A stretch of 63,831 nt of DNA, filler included, from Octopus bimaculoides (lineage: Eukaryota): the NCBI RefSeq assembly GCF_001194135.2. It is 7 parts of 6 records of this genome, joined end to end, with 100 filler letters (N's around TTAATTAATTAA, not from the genome) between each part and the next. Parts side by side here need not be neighbours in the genome. Positions count along the whole stretch, not along the records: positions 60,703 to 63,831 come from NC_069004.1; 6 more parts are not named here. One strand, written 5' to 3'. Within the stretch, counting starts at the first letter, position 1, and every line of letters starts with the position of its first letter. Both the position numbers and the translations under genes were made by a program. The notes under the pieces are model-generated. The model was not told the DNA's origin. It did not search any database and saw only the letters and a list, made by a program, of their open reading frames with translations. This document shows, one piece after another, positions 63,743 to 63,831 of the stretch.

Positions 63743-63831
63743 TGTTTCTTTATTAGCCACACAGGGCTCAACATAGAGGGGACAAAATACAAATGTAGAG
63801 TTTTTCTTTTCGATGGGGACGAAAATAAAGT
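63660..63831 (-). mobile_element. Young LINE-like 3' end (copy 3 of 3), continues beyond the window
   Basis: (GATA)n then GTTTCTTTATTAGCCACACAGGGCTCAACA.AGAGGGGACAAAATACAAATGTAGAG. Confidence 0.7.

Overview
Repeat-saturated, AT-rich animal genomic DNA with about 5.4 kb of assembly gaps. The SINE families, TE mix and microsatellite load point to a coleoid cephalopod, most likely an octopus (inference from memory, not a database hit). I cannot confidently identify any host protein-coding gene. Nearly all ORFs in the supplied track are microsatellite, gap or TE artefacts. Protein-level remnants recognisable by eye: two head-to-tail R4/Dong-type retrotransposons plus two isolated R4/Dong 3' ends, an R2/Hero-type fragment, an L1/Tx1-type 3' end, two CR1-like 3' ends, a Penelope-like fragment, three Tc1/mariner fragments, and a Helitron PIF1-like helicase 3' half with its CTAG terminus. 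At least four tRNA-derived SINE families (my labels A, B, C, E) and several MITEs are present. The most interesting signal is RNA-level: six dispersed hammerhead-ribozyme-type motifs, most with a self-complementary stem III of the dimer-cleaving Penelope type. One of them sits at the 3' end of a tRNA/Pol III-headed element (SM-alpha-like retrozyme architecture). Also notable: two SINE-LINE 3'-tail matches, a 19-bp minisatellite apparently seeded from a SINE 5' end, and a 65-aa signal-peptide ORF enclosed by a perfect 15-bp inverted repeat. TE boundaries are approximate unless TSDs or TIRs are quoted.
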